DNA from: Dipteris shenzhenensis
Taxonomy: Eukaryota
Assembly: GCA_047967505.1 (NCBI GenBank)
Contig: CM106538.1
Reading direction: 5' to 3' (one strand)
DNA: 64,000 bases
A program made the translations under genes and the position numbers. A model generated the notes under the pieces. It was not told the origin of the DNA. It saw nothing but the letters and a program-made list of their open reading frames with translations, and searched no databases. Numbering within the stretch: the first letter of the stretch is position 1; every line of letters begins with the position of its first letter. This document shows, one piece after another, positions 20,154 through 34,129 of the stretch.

Positions 20154-23100
20154 TGTGAACCCGTGGTACCAAGGGATGAAGAAAGTGTAGGTTAAGGAAG
20201 TGTGGGGTTAAAGGTCACTGTGCCTTTACCCCAGTTATGTACAATACTTAAACACATATATAAATGAATGAAAAAGAAGATTAGGGTGTTTTGCACCCAC
20301 CAAAACTTGTGTGGCTCTCTGTTTCTCTCTCTCCCTCTTCTGTCCTTGCTTCCGTTGAGAGCACTCTCAACTGGTATCAAAGCTCGGGTGATCTAGCTGA
20401 GCGTGTGTGAATGCGTGGAAGCTCAGCAGCTCTGTGGGAGGAAGGAGAAGCTCTGTGGGAAGCTTTGTGGGTGACTTTACTTGCATTCGAGTGTGTAGAG
20501 ACCTTGGAGGAACCTTTGGAAAAGTCACTTTGGCTTTGCAAAGTGGTTTTGAGAGCCTGTTAAGTATTTTCAAAGAAAAAGTTATTTTTTGAGCTTTTCC
20601 CTGTTCCGTTCGATGACAGAGACTCTGTATTGACTTGTAGAGGCAACTATTGCTTGCTTTTGGTATCCACTTCACATTAGGAGCTTGGAAACACCTTCAT
20701 TCTTGAATCTGGGATCATTTCATTGGATTTTTGACTCACTGTGTTAGTTTTTGCGTTTTTCTGTCTGGCTGTTGGAACTCAAGTTTGGAGAACCATTTGC
20801 AGATTTGTCAGTTCTTGTGGACTCAGGAGGTCCTAAAACTTCTATGTTGCTCATCAACAGTTCTGTTTTCAAAAACGTTTTTCAGTCCGTGTGTTGGACC
20901 CAGTGATTGAGACCACGGTTTCCAACCGTCTATTCCATTGCATTCCGGACGCCTAAAAATCCCTACCTATCAGTTCTTGTGCGATTCGGTGGAGTATTTT
21001 CAGAGTTATAGATCTATGTGTATTCGATTTCGTCTCTCTGTTATGCATTTTCCATTCTAAGGTTTTGAAAACTTAGATTTATGTCACATGGGAGTGGATA
21101 AGTGTTGACTCACATTACTCACTCATCGGTTGGGATTTTGAAGTTCCGGTAGAAGAGAGATATTTGCAGATTTTCTTGCTGAATTCGATTATGCAATGGC
21201 GCCAATGTTTTGAGGCATCTCAGGTTCTATTTTCAGTGGCGGTCTTTTTCGTGGGATCATAATTTCTTAAGCATACCTTATGTAGATCACTTTGGTTGTA
21301 GTTTGAGCCATGTGCGCTCATTTGTGGTGTGCATTGGGTTGCTGTGGATGATTTATAGGCCATTTGGATGCATTGCGATCCTTGTTGGAGGCGCTGATAG
21401 GCCCAGATTGCCTTATGGGATGCTATTTTTATGGACATTTTGCACATGGATGCTATTTTATGCTGAGGGACAGCTTTGACACATTGCAGGTGATGCACTG
21501 ATAGTGTTATGCTCTCTTTGATGAGATATTATTGATGCATATGCCCATGGACGATGTTTATGCTTGAGCCATTGGGCACTTATTGGCATTTTGGATTGCC
21601 ATTGTAGTTGGCGTTTTCTTTTGGGCCATATTTGCTCATATGGATGCATAGTACATGCACATGAGTTAGCTGCATCTTTTGATGCTTTGAGCTTTGAGTT
21701 TTGGTGATATTTCAGTCTATTGTGGCATACACATTGGGGTGCACCTGGTATTTGGTGTGATTCTCTTTTACAGGCACTAGCATTAGGGATTTTGCTTTAT
21801 TTGCATCATGGCATCCTCTTCCATGTCTGAAAAGGAGTTTTTCAACATTAAAAAGTTTGATGGGACAAACTTTTCTTTGTGGAAAGTACAAATAAGGGAT
21901 GTGCTTATTCAAAAGAAGCAGATTAAACCCTTGGCAGGTATTGAAGCTAAGCCTGCAAATATGTCTGAGGATGATTGGAATGAGTTGGATGCATTAGCAA
22001 AGTCTACTATTAGACTTCATCTTGCAGAGTGAGTTTATTTCACAGTAGTAAATAAGCATACTACGGAAGATTTGTGGAAGAAACTTTGTGCCACTTATGA
22101 GAAGAAAACTGCCTCTAATAAAGCTTACCTCACGAAGAGGTTGTTTGAGCTGCAAATGAAGGAAGGGGTCTCCATTGCTTCTCACTTGAATGAATTCAAT
22201 ATTATTTTCAGCCAGCTTCAGGCTCAGAAGATGAATTTTGATGCGGAGACTAAGGCAATATTTCTCTTATGTTCATTGCCATCCTCATGGGATACCTTCC
22301 GTACAACTGTCAGTAACTCTACACCTGGTGGAGTATCGAAATTTGATGATGTTGTGGGTAGCTTGTTGGCCGAGGAGATTAGACGGAAGTCTATGGATGG
22401 CAACAAGCAGGATGCAGCCTTAAATGTGCAAAGGGGTATATCACAGTTCAGGGGGAAGTCCCAAGAAAGAGGGAAGTCTCATAGCAAATCCAGGGCACGG
22501 AACATTGAGTGTTACCACTGTGGCAAGAAGGGCCATATGAAAAAGAATTGCTACAAGCTGAAAAGAGAGCAAAAGGATAAGAAAAAGAATGCAAATTGGG
22601 GTGCAAATCAAAAGGAAGAGAGTTCAAGGGAGGACAAAGGAAAAGTGAAGATCAAGGAGATCAATGTAGTCACACATGATAGTGACAATGACGTTCTCTT
22701 CATGTCTAGTTTATCTGTAGAGTTGCTTACCACTTCAGATGATGCATATTCCGAGCATTGGATTTTGGATTCTGGTGCTTCATTCCATGTTACTCCCCAT
22801 AGGGAATGGTTCTTCACTTATGACAGTGGAAAGACAGGTTGTGTGCATCTTGGAAATGACTATGCATGTGACATAGTGGGAGTAGGTGACATAAAGTTTT
22901 CTTTTGCAAATGGGTCTGGATTTATTTTAAAACATGAGACATGTGCCTAAGTTAACCAAGAGTCTTATTTCAGTGGGTTAGTTAGATGATGCTGGTTTTC
23001 ATAGCACTTTTGGCTTTCAGAGTTGGAAAATTCAGAAGGGCTCTATGCTTTTGGCCAGGGGTGCCAAGTGTGGGACTTTGTATCCCTTACATGTATCAGG

Positions 23101-25878
23101 GGTATTTGATCATGTTGTTGCAATAACCGAGCAGCCAAGCACTTCTTTGTGGCATTGCAGGTTGGGGCACATGAGCCAGAATGGAATGAAACTCTTATGC
23201 TGTTTGGGTTATGTACCGCATTTGAGTTTCTTTGATTTTAAATTTTGTGAGCACTATTTCTATGGGAAGTAGACTAAATCAGCCGATAAAAGAAGGGGAA
23301 AGAAAGAGTTTGAAAAGCTTGATTTGGTGCATTCAGACGTATGTGGTCCCATGCTTACATGGTTATTAGGCGGGGCTGAATACTATGTGACATTCATTGA
23401 TGATGCAACTAGGAAAGTGTGGGCTTATGCTATAGCTCGGAAGAGTGATGTGTTCCAGGTATTTCAGAAATGGCTAGCCTTGGTTGAGAATCAGTTAGGT
23501 AGAACGCTTAAATGCCTACAGACGGACAATGGTAGAGAGTATCTCTCTCATGACTTTCAGCATTTCTGTGATACACGTGGGATTAAGAGGGAGCTCACAT
23601 CCCCTCATACTCTAGAGAAAAATCCACTTGTCGAAAAGATGAACCGTACCATTCAAGAAAGGTTGCAATGCATGCTTTCCCATGCAAGTCTTTCTGGTGG
23701 TTTTTGGGTTGAGGCAATGAAGATTGCAGTGCATGTGATCAATAGATCACTTAGTAAGAGTTTGGATGGTGGTATTCCTAAGAGGCATGGAGTGGCAAGA
23801 AGCCTTCTTACTCTCATTTATGTATATTTGGGTGTGAGGCATATGCACATGTGCCAAAAGAGCTTCGAAAGAAGCTAGATCCTAAGTCTAGGAAATGCAC
23901 GCTTTTGGGTTATGGTGAAAGTGGAGAGATGGGCTATTGTCTTTGGGATCCAGAAGCAAAGAAGATCATACACAGCCATGATGTAGTCTTCAATGAGAAG
24001 AAGATGCATAAGGCACCCATGAGGGATGTGGAAATGAGGAGAATCACTTTTCAAGATGTGAATCCACCTGCATATGTTGATAGACAACAAGCTGTCCATG
24101 CACCAAATGTGCAAGAAATGGTACTGCCAAATACTCCCACAGGTATACAATCAAGGGTAGATAATGGATCATCTATTGGTGGAAATGATGAGCCAAATGT
24201 GGCTAATATGCAGGTGGGACAGCAAGCTGAAATGCCCTTGAGAAGATCATCTAGAGTGTCTAGACCGCCTGATAGGTTTGTTCTAAGGGTAGACTATGTG
24301 ATGCTTACTGATTGCGGGGAGCCTTCTTGCTATAGAGAGGCTATGATGCGAGAGGATCAATACAAGTGGTAGTATGCTATGCAATCAGAGATGAGTTCAC
24401 TTATGAGGAATAAGACTTGGGACTTGGTTTCTTTGCCGCATAGAAAGAAAGCATTGCCATGTAAATGGGTCTATAAGATGAAGGTCACATGTGATGATGT
24501 GCCTAGGTACAAGGCCCGTTTAGTCGCTAAAGGATTCAAGTAAGAGAAGGGTGTGGACTTGATGAAATATTCTCTCCGGTTGTGAAGATGACCACACTTA
24601 GATGCATGCTTGGACTAGTGGCATCAGAGGATATGGAGCTTATGTAGATGGATGTCAAGACAGCTTTCTTACATGGGGATTCAAGCAAGAGAAGGGTGTG
24701 GACTTGATGAGATATTCTCTCCAGTTGTGAAGATGATCACACTTAGATGCATGCTTGGACTAGTGGCATCAGAGGATATGGAGCTTAAGCGGATAGATGT
24801 CAAGACAGCTTTCTTACATGGGGATTTGCATGAGGAAATCTACACGGTGCAATCGGAAGGCTTTGAAGAAAAGGGCAAAGAGCATTTAGTTTGCAAGCTG
24901 AAGAAGAGTCTCTATGGTCTTAAGCAAGCGCCTAGAGAATGGTATCAGAAGTTTGATGCTTTCATTCGGTCCCAGGGTTTTAGAAGGAGTGAAATTGATC
25001 ACTGCCTCTACACTAAAAGGGCCAAGGATAATAGCTTGATAATCCTGGCACTATATGTGGATGATATGCTATTGGCTAGCAAGAATACTTATGAGCTAGA
25101 TGCAAAGGACAAGTTGCATGAGGCCTTTGATATGAAGGATTTGGGACTTGCAGGTCATATTCTTGGTACGCGCATCACGCGTGATGGGAGTAGGAAAATC
25201 CTTTGGCTTTCACAAAAGGAGTATGTTGCAAAAATATTGCAGTGTTTCAATATGGACAGGGGGAAGGTAGTGAGTACTTCATTGCCTCCATATGTGAAAC
25301 TGAGTCATAGAGATAGTCCCAAATCAGATGAGGAGAGGGCCATGATGGCGAAGGTTCCTTATGCATTAGCGGTTGGGAGTCTTATGTATGCTATGATAGC
25401 TACTAGACCAGATATTGCATTTGCAGTGGGAGTTGTTAGCCGGTATATGGCTAATCCAGGAAAGATGCATTGGGAGGCAGTTAAGTGCATCATGAGATAC
25501 ATGAAGGGTACCAAGGAGATGTGCATCTACTTTGGTAAAGGAGACGTGTGTACTTGGGCACACAGATTCAAACTATGCAGGGCATGTGGATAGTAGGAGA
25601 TCCACTTCTGGTTATGTGTTCACCTTTGCAAGTGGTGCAGTGTTGTGGATGTCTCGCGCATAGAAGTGCATTGCTTTGTCTACCATAGAGGCTGAGTATG
25701 TTGCAACCATAGAGGGTTGCAAGGAGGCTATATGGCTTGATCGGCTAGTGGGAGATTTGGGGATTCCTACAGGTGTACCGGCATTGCATAGTGATTCTAT
25801 GCGTGCTATTTAGCTAGTACGAAATTCGGTCTTTCATGCAAAGACCAAACACATTGAGGTCAGGTACCATTTCATCTA
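20154..25878 (+). mobile_element. Ty1/copia retrotransposon, Tnt1/Tork-like, degraded, lacking 3' LTR
   Basis: Short LTR ending CTCTCA at 20369 (start approximate), PBS TGGTATCAAAGC 20372-20383 and a leader of about 1.4 kb. Gag KFDGTNFSLWK from 21808; CYHCGKKGH; LDSGAS; HSDVCGP integrase; YVDD RT; TKHIEVRYHF end of RNase H, then an abrupt junction. Confidence 0.93.
24532..24826. repeat. 145 bp tandem duplication inside copia RT
   Basis: GGATTCAAG[T/C]AAGAGAAGGGTGTGG starts at 24532 and 24677, with GGATT microhomology at the junction. Confidence 0.9.
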
Positions 25879-27214
25879 CCTGGGCTCTACTGCAAGGTAT
25901 AGCTACCAAAGGAGAAGGAGGGCATGGCACTATTCGATTGGGGGATGCTAGAAGAGAGAACTGAGTAGCAAGGAGGAGGAGGACGAAAGGAAGGCAAGGA
26001 GGGAAGGAGAGGTGAAGAGGAAGTTAAGTTGGAAGGAGGAGTGGAAGGAAATGATGGTAAAGGAGCTCTAGCAGCCCGCGGTAACATTTTGTATCAAATA
26101 CATAGCCTACAACAATGTCCTGTTACTAATAAAGTTGCCTTCCACATCGTTTCCACAAATAATGAAAGTTCTAGGCAAGTATAGTACAAGTATGGAATGA
26201 TCTAGACAACCAATTTAGATATCAAAATCTTCATCATGACCCCCAAAAAAAAGCCAACGTCTCTACCACTACAAAATATTTAAGAAAAGAGGCCTAGGCA
26301 ACCCATGCCATAGGCTTTGCCCAAAACATCTTGCATACCATTTCATTGAGAAGTGTGTTTCTATCTTGCATCAACTTTATATCTTCAGGACCTCCAACTA
26401 ACATCATGATGGTTCCTTTAGGGCTGAGGTTGGTTTTGAGGACATCTTACAAGCTGTTGGCAGCATTGATGTTCATAGTGATGCAATAAACTTGTTAAGG
26501 ATCGGGGCGTTGGGATTGAGAACTCCAAGCACCATGATTGTTGTGATGGATTGATCAGTGGATATTGCAAAAGGTGTGCAAAAAAAGACTCGAATGTTCA
26601 AGACCAAGAAATAAAATCATTAATCATTATCAAACTTAGAGATGCAAATTCAACTCTGAACCAAGCACTAAGGGAATGGCAGATGTGGATCCTACTGCAT
26701 AATTATGTACATTATAAACTTCATACATAACTCTGTTATACTCTTCTTCAAATATAATGATCTGGGTTGAGTGCATTTGTTTCATTGTACAATTTTTATC
26801 ATTCTCCAACTTCTTATGCAATGATGGTTTAAGTGATATAAGTGGTTTAAGTGGTTCAAGTGGACTAAGTGATATGAGTGATTTGTCGAGAGAATTCGAT
26901 TTTATACATGGGAACGTAAAGACACTAGCAACATAGAAAAAATACAAGCCCAAAGATGTGTTAAATAAAAACCTTATAAAACACAAGCACAAAGATGTGT
27001 TACATAAAATACACTAGCAACAAAAAAAAAATACAAGCACAAAGATATGTTAATAAAAAACTTAAAAAATAAAAATACATGGAAAGTCTAAAAAGACAAA
27101 AAACAAAAAAACCAAGCTTTGCTTTGTTTCACAACCCTTACCCTTACAAGACTTACATCAAAGTCCTTTAATAATCAATGAACTTTGATTTTTCCCAAAC
27201 TAGGAGAACATATC

Positions 27215-27520
27215 AAAGATAGATTGATTGAGGGGGACAAAAATATTGCTCCCTGAGGAGTTATTTTAGTAAGGATCATTATAATTTGGGGGGAAGAATC
27301 CATGAAATTTAGCTTAAATTACCAAGCTTGTCCTAGAATAAAAACAAGAGGCAATAGAGGTTGGTTTAAAGATAGATTGATTGAGGGGGACAAAAATATT
27401 GCTCCCTAAGGAGTTATTTTAGTAAGGATCATTATAATTTGGGGGGAAGAATCCATGAAATTTTGCTTAAATTACCAAGCTTGTCCTAGAATAAAAACAA
27501 GAGGCAATAGAGGTTGGTTT
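27215..27520. repeat. 153 bp tandem duplication
   Basis: AAAGATAGATTGATTGAGGGGGAC starts at 27215 and 27368, near identical. Confidence 0.92.
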
Positions 27521-29507
27521 AGAATCACCCCTATATTGTTTCTATTTTTCAGCCATGCCCCCTTGTAAATATTTATTAGCAATCACCACCTTGTATTAAA
27601 GAGCTCTCAAACTAATATGTAAACTTCCTTAATTGGCTCTAATGAAATTTGAGCTAGCAATTAATTGGGTATTATACATAGATTTGCAAAATATTGATAG
27701 GAAGTTTGTTCGATGCTAGTGCAATACTAAGAAAACCTAGGTGAAGTTACAATGAACCAACAAATTTAAGGCAAAAAAGTCAATACGTAATGTAAATGAA
27801 CCCTCCCATATGTCCATGCAAGGAGTAGGCTCAGCCCAAACTTTTTTATCAAAAAGTGTGCAAAATCATTATCACATATGTAGGGTTCTTGCTTGACCTT
27901 GAAGGATTGATTTTAGTATTTATGTAACCAACAATTGCATTCCTTTACATGGATGCATACATGAAGAGCAAGAAATGAACAAGTTTATGAATGATCTTGC
28001 AAGGATAAAGTTATTACCTTCACATTTGATTGTAGAGTTTTTGGTTGTAGTAGAAGCCAAATAACGATTACATTATGAGAATTCACATCTAAATGTGTAT
28101 AAGAAATCATAATATATTACGTCTAGCCCCTTCACTCACTAGGAAAATAGACTTTAGGCTGAGTCGTTCTTGACGATACATTATATCTATGGCTCTCAAT
28201 CTTACGTCCATAGATTTTTGCAACTCTAAGTTTTTTACTTAGAAAATGGCTCAGGGCTTGTGTGTCCCCGCTGTTTACTTTGCATCATAATCCATGGCCC
28301 ATTTTCCTTGCCTCAGAACCTCCTCAGAGGGCTACGAGAGCCTCATGTTGCCAGAAATGCGGATTCACAGAAGAAATGGTAGGAAACAGCTAAAGAAAAC
28401 TCAGGAAATCCAGTTCCTTTTGACACAAAGTGTGGTTTTAGTGCTATTAACGGATGCCTTGAACGAAGCATAGTATAATCCGTATTGATGGGGTGAAGGA
28501 CTATGTCAGTTCGGGATGGCCGAGATACCACCCATAGATGAGGATATGAGCCTCTCAGTTCTATCTACAATAGGTGGGTGCACCTATTATATATGAGATC
28601 TCTTGGTGATATGTAAGGATATGAAGCCCGGTAAATCCTTTGCGGCACACATGATGAACTTGTTATCCACGAAGAGTTTGCACTGAGTAACACTTCTTTC
28701 ATGGCTGTTGTCTTTTTGCTTTGTGTGTTCATTTTACCAGGGGAGGCATTTGGACCTTCGATCATATTTTTTAACACTATTTTGCAGGTTCTATTGCTTT
28801 AGAATTTGATAGTTTCTATTAATAGATATTATACAATCGGCATGGTTTTACTATTAGGACAATCTTTGGTTATTTGCCCTTTGATAGTCTATAACATGGC
28901 CTTGGGCATCCCATTCTAAGATTTATTGCAGTTCTTGGGCCGTTCTCATTTCTTATGATATGGAGAATTTGACCCACCTGAAAGGAGTTTGGAATTTTTA
29001 TATGGCCATATATATACCTCATATGCATTCTTTAACTTTGTGGTTAAAGGAAAACAACTAGAATTTCATTATTCACTAGGGAGATCTTGTGTCTATGATC
29101 CATTAGAGAATATTTTGATGTTCCCATTGGCATTACTTTGGGAATTTCTTTTAGAAAATTTGCTAAGTAGTTATTAATTCTCGAATGCTAACTTGTGACC
29201 CTCTCAATAACTTTACCTCTCTAATGTGTACTTAGATTTAATTGTAGACATCGAGGTTGTCATGACCTTAGTTGGGATCTTGTGAGTATAATAATTGACT
29301 CCCAAGTTGACACCTTGTTAAGAGGAATGGTATGATATGGTTTATTCTCACTTATGAGGTATTGAGGTTGGTTATTAACGGACTATTCTCACTAGCGGAC
29401 TATTCTCACTAGTTGTTTGAAAAGGACAATAGTAGATGTTTGTAATTGATTTACTTTGACATTGAAAACTAGTCCAGTAGTATTATAGGATAGATGTTTG
29501 ATAAGTT

Positions 29508-29510
<3 letters not shown>

Positions 29511-29545
<35 letters not shown>

Positions 29546-29667
29546 CTTGCATGCATGCATGCATGCGCACGTGCATGCACGCACATGCACACAAGCATGC
29601 ACGAATGCATGTATGCACACATGCACACACAGATGGATGCATGTATGTGCATATGCACACACGCATG

Positions 29668-29710
<43 letters not shown>

Positions 29711-29822
29711 ACACAGACACACAGACACACACTTTAACCCATCTCTATACCATCACACAAACACCTTAATCCATCTCCAAAAACATAGACACGCAGAGAC
29801 ACAAACATTGACACACACACAC

Positions 29823-29868
<46 letters not shown>
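29511..29868. repeat. Compound (CA)n/(CATG)n alternating purine-pyrimidine microsatellite
   Basis: Directly visible; a further (CA)n lies at about 30103-30123. Confidence 0.95.
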
Positions 29869-29871
<3 letters not shown>

Positions 29872-31509
29872 TCTTTCTTAATAATATGTGCTCAGATGAG
29901 CACAATGTCCTCCTCACTTATCATATTAACCCCCCTTATATTTTATTTTCTACCCTTGTTAATTCATAATCTACCACTTCTATTTAATCTCTTACTCGTG
30001 TTAATTCTATTAATGATAATTATTACTTGCATTTACTTTGATTTGAAACCCCACTCCTAATTTCTTTATTATTCCCCCTAATTAAGTTCTTACCCTCTGT
30101 TTACACACACACACACACACACATAGAAATTTTCACAATTACATACACTCTTGAGTTAAAATTCCCCTTTGTCCCTTTCAAAGCCTTAGCTAATGATAAT
30201 ATTGATTTTTATTCCCCCCACATTCTTCCTTAATGCCACCTGATTCAAACATTTTGTAGTACTCCTTTATTAAATTTTTAGTACCCCTTTATTAAAATTA
30301 AAAAAAATTCCCCCCTTCCCCTTCGATTTTTGCTTTTTCTTATGGTTGTGGTTCGAGCTTCTTCAGCTGTCTTCCCTTAGCTTCTCTCTTTTCTCATTCA
30401 TGCAGTCAAAGAAATTGGAATTGGTCTCGTGTTTTTTGATTCAAGTCTCAGATTGAAGGGTCGCTACATGGCTTGGCAGCTCTCGGTTGCTCCTCATGTA
30501 TGGTTGGGGTTGGCCCTAGTTTGTTGATGGACTCTCCTTCTTTATTTTGCCTTGCTTTTCGATGTTCCTAAAGCAGTTGAGTTGTGTACTCTTTGTTCTT
30601 GCTTTACACTGGGCCAATAATTCAGTTTGTAACTTAATTAAACTAGTTTTTAACTTTTATTCCCATGACATATATATATCATTTATATACGTTATATATA
30701 TATATATATTTATTTACGTAGGTTCAATTATTTGCTGATCTGTCTAATGCCCTTATTTATTTCCTTATGCTAACAAATTTTTCCTTAGGCACATTTTTCC
30801 TTTTTACACAATTCTACATCTATCTAACTCTTTGTCTTTCTTAATTGTATTTATAGCCTTAACGTTTAATCTTTTTATAGAGTTATAGTGGATTGGTTAT
30901 ATATATATGGTTAACCTCTCTTTTCTTGTACCTTTATATAGTTGTTTGGTTGCTTACATTTGTAATATTTTTTAGCTCTAAATCTCATGTTTTACTAAAA
31001 TAATTATAGGTATATATATTTATATATACATATATATAACATGTTATCATTCTATACTACCCTGCATTCTCCTCTCATCATCTTTAAATTCCTTTAATTT
31101 TGTATTTATTTATGCTCTTTTCCCCTTTATAAATTACTCTCTTTATGTTACTCTTCATGTTTAAAGTTTTCCCTTGTTATTAAACCCTTGTTAGAATCCT
31201 TGGTTTGTTCTACTGGTTTACTTCCTCTTATTATTTAAATTTATATGCTTAATTTCATTATATTAGGCTCTCTTTATATTCTCTCTTTTGTTTTTGGAAT
31301 TAGAAAAAGCTCCCTTTATAAGACTCTTGTGTATATATCTTTTCTTACCTTTTAGTCTTTAATTTTTTCTATTGTATTAAGAAAAATCCTTATTTACGTT
31401 CCAACTTTCCCCCCCTTTTTTTCACACAATTAATTCTCCTTTTAAGCTATCTTTAATGCTAACTTTATTTACTAAATCCTATTGCTTACTTTATTAAATG
31501 AATTACTTC

Positions 31510-32610
31510 CACATCGATAGGATACCTCCTTTTCAGTATAGTTTAGATGCCCCTCCGGTACTCCCACCCACCATGCCGATTGGGCCACACACCAACCAAG
31601 TCATTCGAGAGGATCTCCTACAGCTACACACCTTTAGGACCTGGTTGGAGCCGAGAGAGCTCCCAATGAAGCTGAGTTTCTACAAAGATTATTGTCTTCA
31701 TATTTCGGAGGAGGGATTCATCACACCACCGAGGTACACTGAGCTTCATATGCCTCACTCACTACGGATCTCCATCAGACAGTTTCGGGTATCATCACAC
31801 CGCCTCCACATAGAGAGCGACAGAGTAGAGCGGATTCCTAGGGAGCATCGCTTATGCATATTGTGCGACTGTCATGAGGTTGAATCGAAGGAGCATTTTA
31901 TTTTCAGGTGCCCAGTGTACTATGAGATCCGAGGTCGCTACCACTGCCTCTTCAGAGACGGCTCCGGCTCCTTTCCAAATTCCTCGCCTATCCAAATTAG
32001 AGATGCCTCGCGGCCTTCATTCACGAGGGGGTATGACACAGAGAGTACTTGCTCAGGCGATGAGGCTTGGCCGCATCATCAGACACCTCTCAGAGCAGGA
32101 TCACAGAGTTCTTCCCATCAAGTGACATTGATTGTCCAGTCTCTAGCCGTAGACGTGACAAAGACCCCGACCCGACGATCGCAGCACGACACACGAGATA
32201 TCGAGGGGGGACACAGATCACTCCAAGGGACCTCCCGTCATTGTTTAGACCCGGGATATGTCCCATCGGAGTCACGGTGGCTCTAGTCTTATGTCAAGCC
32301 TCGTCCAGGAGACTGAGATGCACGGCACACCCTGACGAGCGCCAGCGCCCCATCACCAGCTATGCACCAGCCAGGGCAACATGACATATGGAGGATTCTA
32401 CTCCACTCCAGTCCTTTTCTTTTCTTTTCATTGTTACATCCAGATGTATTTGATTATGTATGATCAGACTTAGGGTTCAGCACGGGTTATGATGCTCGTT
32501 TCAATAGCTCCACCCTTACTGTGATTTGTATCAGGTTTTCTTTCAGTCTTATAGACCCATCGGTCTTTTGAAGACTCTAATAAAATTTTATTCATTCTTT
32601 ATTTCTTCAT
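31510..32610 (+). mobile_element. 5'-truncated RTEX-like LINE 3' end (ORF2 C-terminal CCHC, 3' UTR, tail)
   Basis: FRVSSHRLHIESDR...IPREHRLCILCDCHEVESKEHFIFRCPVYYEIR. AATAAA at about 32579 is followed by an ATTC-type tail. Higher GC than the AT-rich left flank. Confidence 0.8.
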
Positions 32611-33990
32611 AAATTAGTTTAACATTTGGTGAATTGATACGAATGGCTTCGTATTATTGTGATTTCTTCACTCAGCAAAATAAAGAATCTGAAGAACAGC
32701 CGAAAGAGGTGGACTCTTTAGTCACTATACGGGTCATTGACACCCCATGGTCGATGAAGAAATATTAGTGATCACCATCAAAGTCAAAAGGCAAACCATA
32801 CCAGGTGTGATAGTAGATGGTGGTCAGCAGTAAACATTATTTCTGAAGAAATTGCTAAGAGGCTGAAATTCAAGACCTTCAAGCGATATCCTTTCCAAGT
32901 ACGGATGGCAATTTAACAACCTGTTGAATCAAAAGGTATGCTTTAGGATGTTGTCATTTTTGTAGGCGGCATTTATTATTGCCATGGAGCAACATGCCTA
33001 CCCTACTTTGTTGGGATGACCTTGGCTTAAAAGCGCATAGATACTACATAATTGGGGTACTAAGAAATGATCATCAAGATTGATAACCAAGATGTTTGCA
33101 TTCCTAGAAATCCTCGAAAAATTCCAAGTAGTTATCAGCCTAAGGATTTAGAAGTTACACACCCATTTCAAGTAGAAATTGAAGGTCGAGCAGATTGCTA
33201 AACAAAAAGATCTATTCCAAAGGAGTTAGCTGGTGACTGTTACACGACTCGAAACTGAGTAGTTGGTGCTAGAACCAACATAAGAATTCAATCTTAAAAT
33301 AGAAGGCAATCTTGCAACAACGGTGGTGTTAAGTGCCAATCTGTCTTCTAAGCAACTTAGGGTTGTCTAAGGTTGTTTTTTTCTTAGAACTATACTGGCC
33401 TTTGGGGAGTTCCTCCCGAGTTGTGTGAACATAGAATACCTCTGATGCAAGATGCTAAACCAATTTAGCAACGAAGGTATAGGATGAATCCAGATTTGGT
33501 TATTTCCCACTGTGGTGGTGCCAAAGAAAAATGATAAACTCCTAGTTTTCTGTGGATTATCGAAAGTTGAATGTGGCAAAGTGCTCCTAACCAGTTTCTA
33601 ATATCTTTCATTGATGGGATCTTGGATCAAATTGCAGGCCATGATATGTACTCCTTTATTGATGATTGCAGTGGCTACAGCCCAAATTACGATTGCTTTA
33701 GAAGATAAATCTAAAACTATCTTTATTTTGCATAATGGGGTGCTTATGCAATCTCAGTGATGCTTTTTGGTTTGAGAAATGCACCATCAACTTTCCAAAA
33801 GTTTAGGGTAGAAACTTTTGGAGATTACCTAACTGAATTCAATGCCATTTAAAGATCATCTCTGCTACCTAGAAAAGGTATTTCAGAGATGTAGACAAGC
33901 TAATCCAGCTAAGAGTGTGTTTTGTGTTTGAGTTGGTGTTCTACTCGAGCATGTCATTTCACAAGATGGTATACACACCCAGCCAGGTAG
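32611..33990 (+). mobile_element. Degraded non-chromovirus gypsy (Athila/Tat/Phygy-like) protease-RT fragment
   Basis: GVIVDGG.AVNIISE protease; VVVPKKN; IDGILDQIAGHDMYSFIDDCSGY; VMLFGLRNAPSTFQK. Many frameshifts. Confidence 0.8.
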
Positions 33991-34129
33991 GTTCTAAGAC
34001 TTTATTCTCTTGTTTGTAAATATTTTATGCTTGTATTGCATTTTTTATCCGTTTTTTTCTAGAGAACGTATCATTTGTACAAATTTCTCATTTTTTCAAA
34101 TTAGAATTTGAATTATTCCACGTAGTGAC

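Noticed and set aside
26267-28150. CACTA-like starts at 26267 and 28137
   Set aside because: No matching inverted terminus, TSD or recognisable transposase. The region 25880-29200 stays unclassified.
29469-29969. ORFs rich in CVCV/HTHT (also 60027-60300)
   Set aside because: Translation artefacts of CA/TG microsatellites.
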